Of a stretch of 64,000 bases of DNA, positions 60,901-64,000 are shown one piece after another; position 1 is the first letter of the stretch; every line of letters starts with the position of its first letter. Both the position numbers and the translations under genes were made by a program. Source of the DNA: Oculina patagonica (lineage: Eukaryota); contig NC_135766.1 of assembly GCF_052425735.1 (NCBI RefSeq), forward strand, positions 26,908,001 to 26,972,000. Reading direction: 5' to 3'. The notes beneath the pieces are model-generated. The model had not been told where the DNA came from and searched no databases. It saw only the letters and a program-made list of their open reading frames with translations.

Positions 60901-62157
60901 GATTTGTCAGTGTCTCGTGGATCACATTATTTTGCTCAACTGTCCTCATCCAAACCCATTGTTAATAATTATTATTTAAAGTTCCTTTGAAATCCAGTTA
61001 TATAATAATTTTAATCATTCAACGTGAATAATGACAATCAAGAAGTGCTTCCAAAAAGCGCGGAAATGTTTCATCACTGTTTATGACAATTACGCTAATA
61101 AACACAACAGCTCTCAATATAATCTACAATATCACGACTTCTAGCTCGACATTCAAGCAAGCATTTTTTTTTTTTTGGCCTTTTAGTTTTACTTAAAACC
61201 CACTAGCTCTTAGCTTGTCGTATCTCGATATATCAACACTCTTATTTACTTTACACCCTGAATGCTTCTAGATTAACTCGAAAAAATAAACAATTTGTAG
61301 TATTTTTAAGTCACAAGACCGAAAAAATTAGAGAGAAGTCCGACTGTTTTGATGGATTTTCGCGCGCAAAAGCTCATTGTGTGATATCCTACGTGATATT
61401 TATATAGCTTAAGCTCCCGCTGGGTTTCTTGACACGTACAGTACATAAACATGATCGATACAAGTTTACAACGTGCAGGAAATCACGAAATAGCTTGATA
61501 TAAACCAAAGGACTTGCACCGGAAAACACAGAAATAACACAGGCAAGAAAGAAATCAACACGGGATCAGTTTCAAGATTCCCGCCTCGCCTCCCACGCCA
61601 CGTTCTGGTTCGTGAGCTCGTGCAAAGGATCACGCTATATCAAAAGCAAACATTAGCTCTCATTCGAACACAGAGCAATAAAATGCAGAAAATATCACAA
61701 ATGAAAGTATTTACTGTGCAAAAATTTTTTTGTGAGTGTATTTTAAGCATGATACTAAAACACTTGTTTTTTTCTCAAAAATAAACAGCGTAAACAAGCG
61801 TACCATTGGCGCATCTCCCTCGCCAACTGGAGGGATTGACTTCAAGAACTCATCTGGGCCTCTGTTAGATAATTCCTCCAGGTCATATCCAGCGCAAAAT
61901 GAACCTCCTTTCCCATATAATACAGCCACGGTGCATTCTTCGTCGATTTCGAAGCTCCGAAACGCGTCTGCAAGTTGCTTCGCGGTTTCTGAATTAACCG
62001 CGTTGCGCTTCTCGGGTCGTGCGATCGAAACGATGAAAATTTTTCCATCTTGTTCAGTCTCGACCAAAGTGCTGTTCAACCTCCTAGACGAGGCTACTAA
62101 AGAAGGAATTCTTAGAGCTTGTAGCCGAGCTCGGCGAGCAAAAAGAGAAAGCGCCAT
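57993..62157 (-). CDS. Enoyl-CoA hydratase/isomerase (crotonase) family protein with probable mitochondrial presequence (~295 aa, 3 exons)
   Basis: Exons 62157-61804, 60610-60466 and 58381-57993 are in frame. Motifs RPEKRNAV, FCAGYDL, KPVIGAIEGHAVAGGMELALMCDLRV, RRFGVPLLDGGT.RLP..VG.SRALDLIMTGRPV.AEEA; Arg-rich, acid-free N-terminus. Confidence 0.93.
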
Positions 62158-62383
62158 TTTGCTACAAACTCCTCTTGTTTTCACACCCCAGAAATACCTG
62201 GGCCAAACCTGGGACGAGAGAGTTTCTAGAGCAACTGTTAGCCAATCAGATCGTTCGATTTTGAGTCTTCGAGAAAACATGGCGCCCTGGTATCAGTTGC
62301 ATCGCGCCAATTTACTTTCAACGAGAAAAATCATTCAGAAACGACTTTATCCTCCCAAGAATGAATGTGAATGAGGTGAAGAA
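62152..62383. promoter_or_regulatory. Compact bidirectional promoter
   Basis: About 226 bp separate divergent ATGs. CCAATCAG at ~62242; YY1-like CAAAATGGCG (minus, overlapping the ATG) and AACATGGCG (plus, ~62276). Confidence 0.5.
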
Positions 62384-62455
62384 ATGACGAGCGCCAAAGA
62401 AGGACAATCGGACGGCTCCTCCTCGGGGGAGGACGAAGAATCTTTAAGGGAATTG
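62384..62455 (+). CDS. First coding exon of an unidentified gene continuing beyond the window
   Basis: ATG..MTSAKEGQSDGSSSGEDEESLREL followed by a consensus donor |GTGAGT; lies head-to-head with the crotonase gene. Confidence 0.5.
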
Positions 62456-63441
62456 GTGAGTCGATTCTTGCACAAGCGAATTTTGTATTTTCAGCTTTCT
62501 TGAAGCGCGTGGTCTTTGTGGTTTTAGTTCTTCGTGGGTCGCGCTGTAATGTTTAAAAGCTTTTTGTGATCAGTTTTGATTTGGCGTTTTTGTTGCGTAC
62601 CCGTTTTGTTATGGTCGATTGAAAGATTAATAAACGGAAATAACAACAGGGAATTTGTTATTAACAACGCATTAAAAATTGAAGATTCCACTCATACCTA
62701 GATCAGCATGCACGTTTGTTTTATAAGCTTTCAGTTGTTTACATTAAGATTTCATCAATCTAGTAAAGCAAGTAAAATGTTAACTGCACTGTCTTCTAAT
62801 TAGTGATGTCAAATAAATTTTACACACAGCTGTGATGTAATTTTATAAGACAGGTTGTTTTCCAAAGTAATGACTTGATCCTGTGTAACTAACTAGTCTT
62901 GACTATTGAAAAGATTCTCTTCATTTAAACACTCTGTTTGCAAGTTGTGTTATTCCCAGGTGGTTCATGTGTGAGTTGCTTTTTATTTGTGACAGGAAGT
63001 TAAAAAGTGCACTGCACAGTTGAACGATTGTTCATGATACTATGGATCTGCAGACACCCCTGGTCCTCAGCCTCTGGGTTGCAGGGTTGCAGAAAGTCAA
63101 TTTACCAATGCCTACACACTTATTTGCATTTCATTGGCCATTGTTATACTAGAGGACATGTTATCCGTCACGACAGACAGTATAACTGGACGGATAATAA
63201 ATCATTATGCACCCTCTAGTATAAAGACAGACACGAGATGCATTATTCATCTACTAGTAGATGAAGTATATTTTGTAGTTTGTCATTCAAAGCAAGCTAC
63301 AGAATATACTTCATCTAGACAGATAAAGCGTCCTGTGTCATCTTCATGTATGGTAACACGTTATCCGTCCAGTCGCATTATCTGTTCAGACAGGTCATGG
63401 TTTCCCTAGTGTGAAAACAGCCAGTGAGTAACTATATAATA

Positions 63442-63788
63442 TACCTTATTATAGGAAATTAACGCTTGTGTTAATTAAGGTATTTGAAATTAACGCGACT
63501 TAAATTAACGCGAATTGAAGGAAAAATTACTTCCCAATAAAGGAAATTAACGCGAAAGAGGGGGTAACATTTCAAAATGAAGGAAATTAACGCGACGTAC
63601 ACAACAGGAACAAGTTTATTTCAACAAATTGGGGCCAAAATAATGGAAATAAACGTCATGGAAATTAACGCTCCACTTAATTAACGGCACAGAAATTAAT
63701 GTTAACAAAAATTAACGTGACTTAAATTAATGTGAAAGTTTGAAATTCGCGTTAATTTCATGACGCGTTAATTTCCTATAATAAGGTA
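63442..63788. mobile_element. TA-flanked MITE with many AAATTAACG sub-repeats
   Basis: TACCTTATTATAGGAAATTAACGC / GCGTTAATTTCCTATAATAAGGTA. Confidence 0.85.
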
Positions 63789-64000
63789 GGCAATATTCCA
63801 TCTTGTTCTTCAAAGAACAGAAATCCTCACCCACAATCCCACAGCTTACTCCTATTCTTGTGGTGCCTAAACTACATCCTGTGGAGTCTGCATTTCTGTT
63901 GGAGGCAAAGATAAGAATCAAAAAAAAATTGAGCCTGATCTCTAACCTACATGTACTGATACTTGCCAACTGTCAAGCATAATGACAAGTCTTACGCTTA

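Noticed and set aside
61736-62374. 212-aa + strand ORF
   Set aside because: It is an antisense shadow of crotonase exon 1 with no domain features.
63450-63780. CRISPR-like or iteron-like AAATTAACG array
   Set aside because: Short, irregular sub-repeats inside a TA-flanked TIR element in eukaryotic DNA; no cas genes or regular spacers.

Overview
Eukaryotic, intron-rich, AT-rich animal DNA. The gene content and dense short repeats suggest an anthozoan cnidarian, probably a stony coral (inference). I reconstructed six complete protein-coding genes by hand from GT-AG junctions. They are an atypical RERG/RASL11-12-like small GTPase (-), POLR3K/RPC11 (-), a metabotropic glutamate receptor (+), a Shaker/Kv1-family K+ channel with altered filter and gate (+), a HECT-less G2E3/PHF7-like PHD/RING protein (+), and a crotonase/enoyl-CoA hydratase (-). 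The first exon of a divergent gene and one orphan ORF are also present. The non-coding DNA is crowded with short TIR elements and retroelement fragments. Four highlights: (1) a 426-bp internally deleted RTE element with a 14-bp TSD whose first base starts a complete HDV-like ribozyme fold; (2) a Penelope-like (PLE) 3' fragment carrying a minimal hammerhead; (3) a ~236-bp tRNA-mimic-containing repeat that inserts as divergent two-part inversions with ~12-bp TSDs, the same architecture as a PLE RT fragment in this window; (4) atypical catalytic or gating residues in the Kv1 and Ras-like proteins. All coordinates and folds were read by eye and no database search was run.
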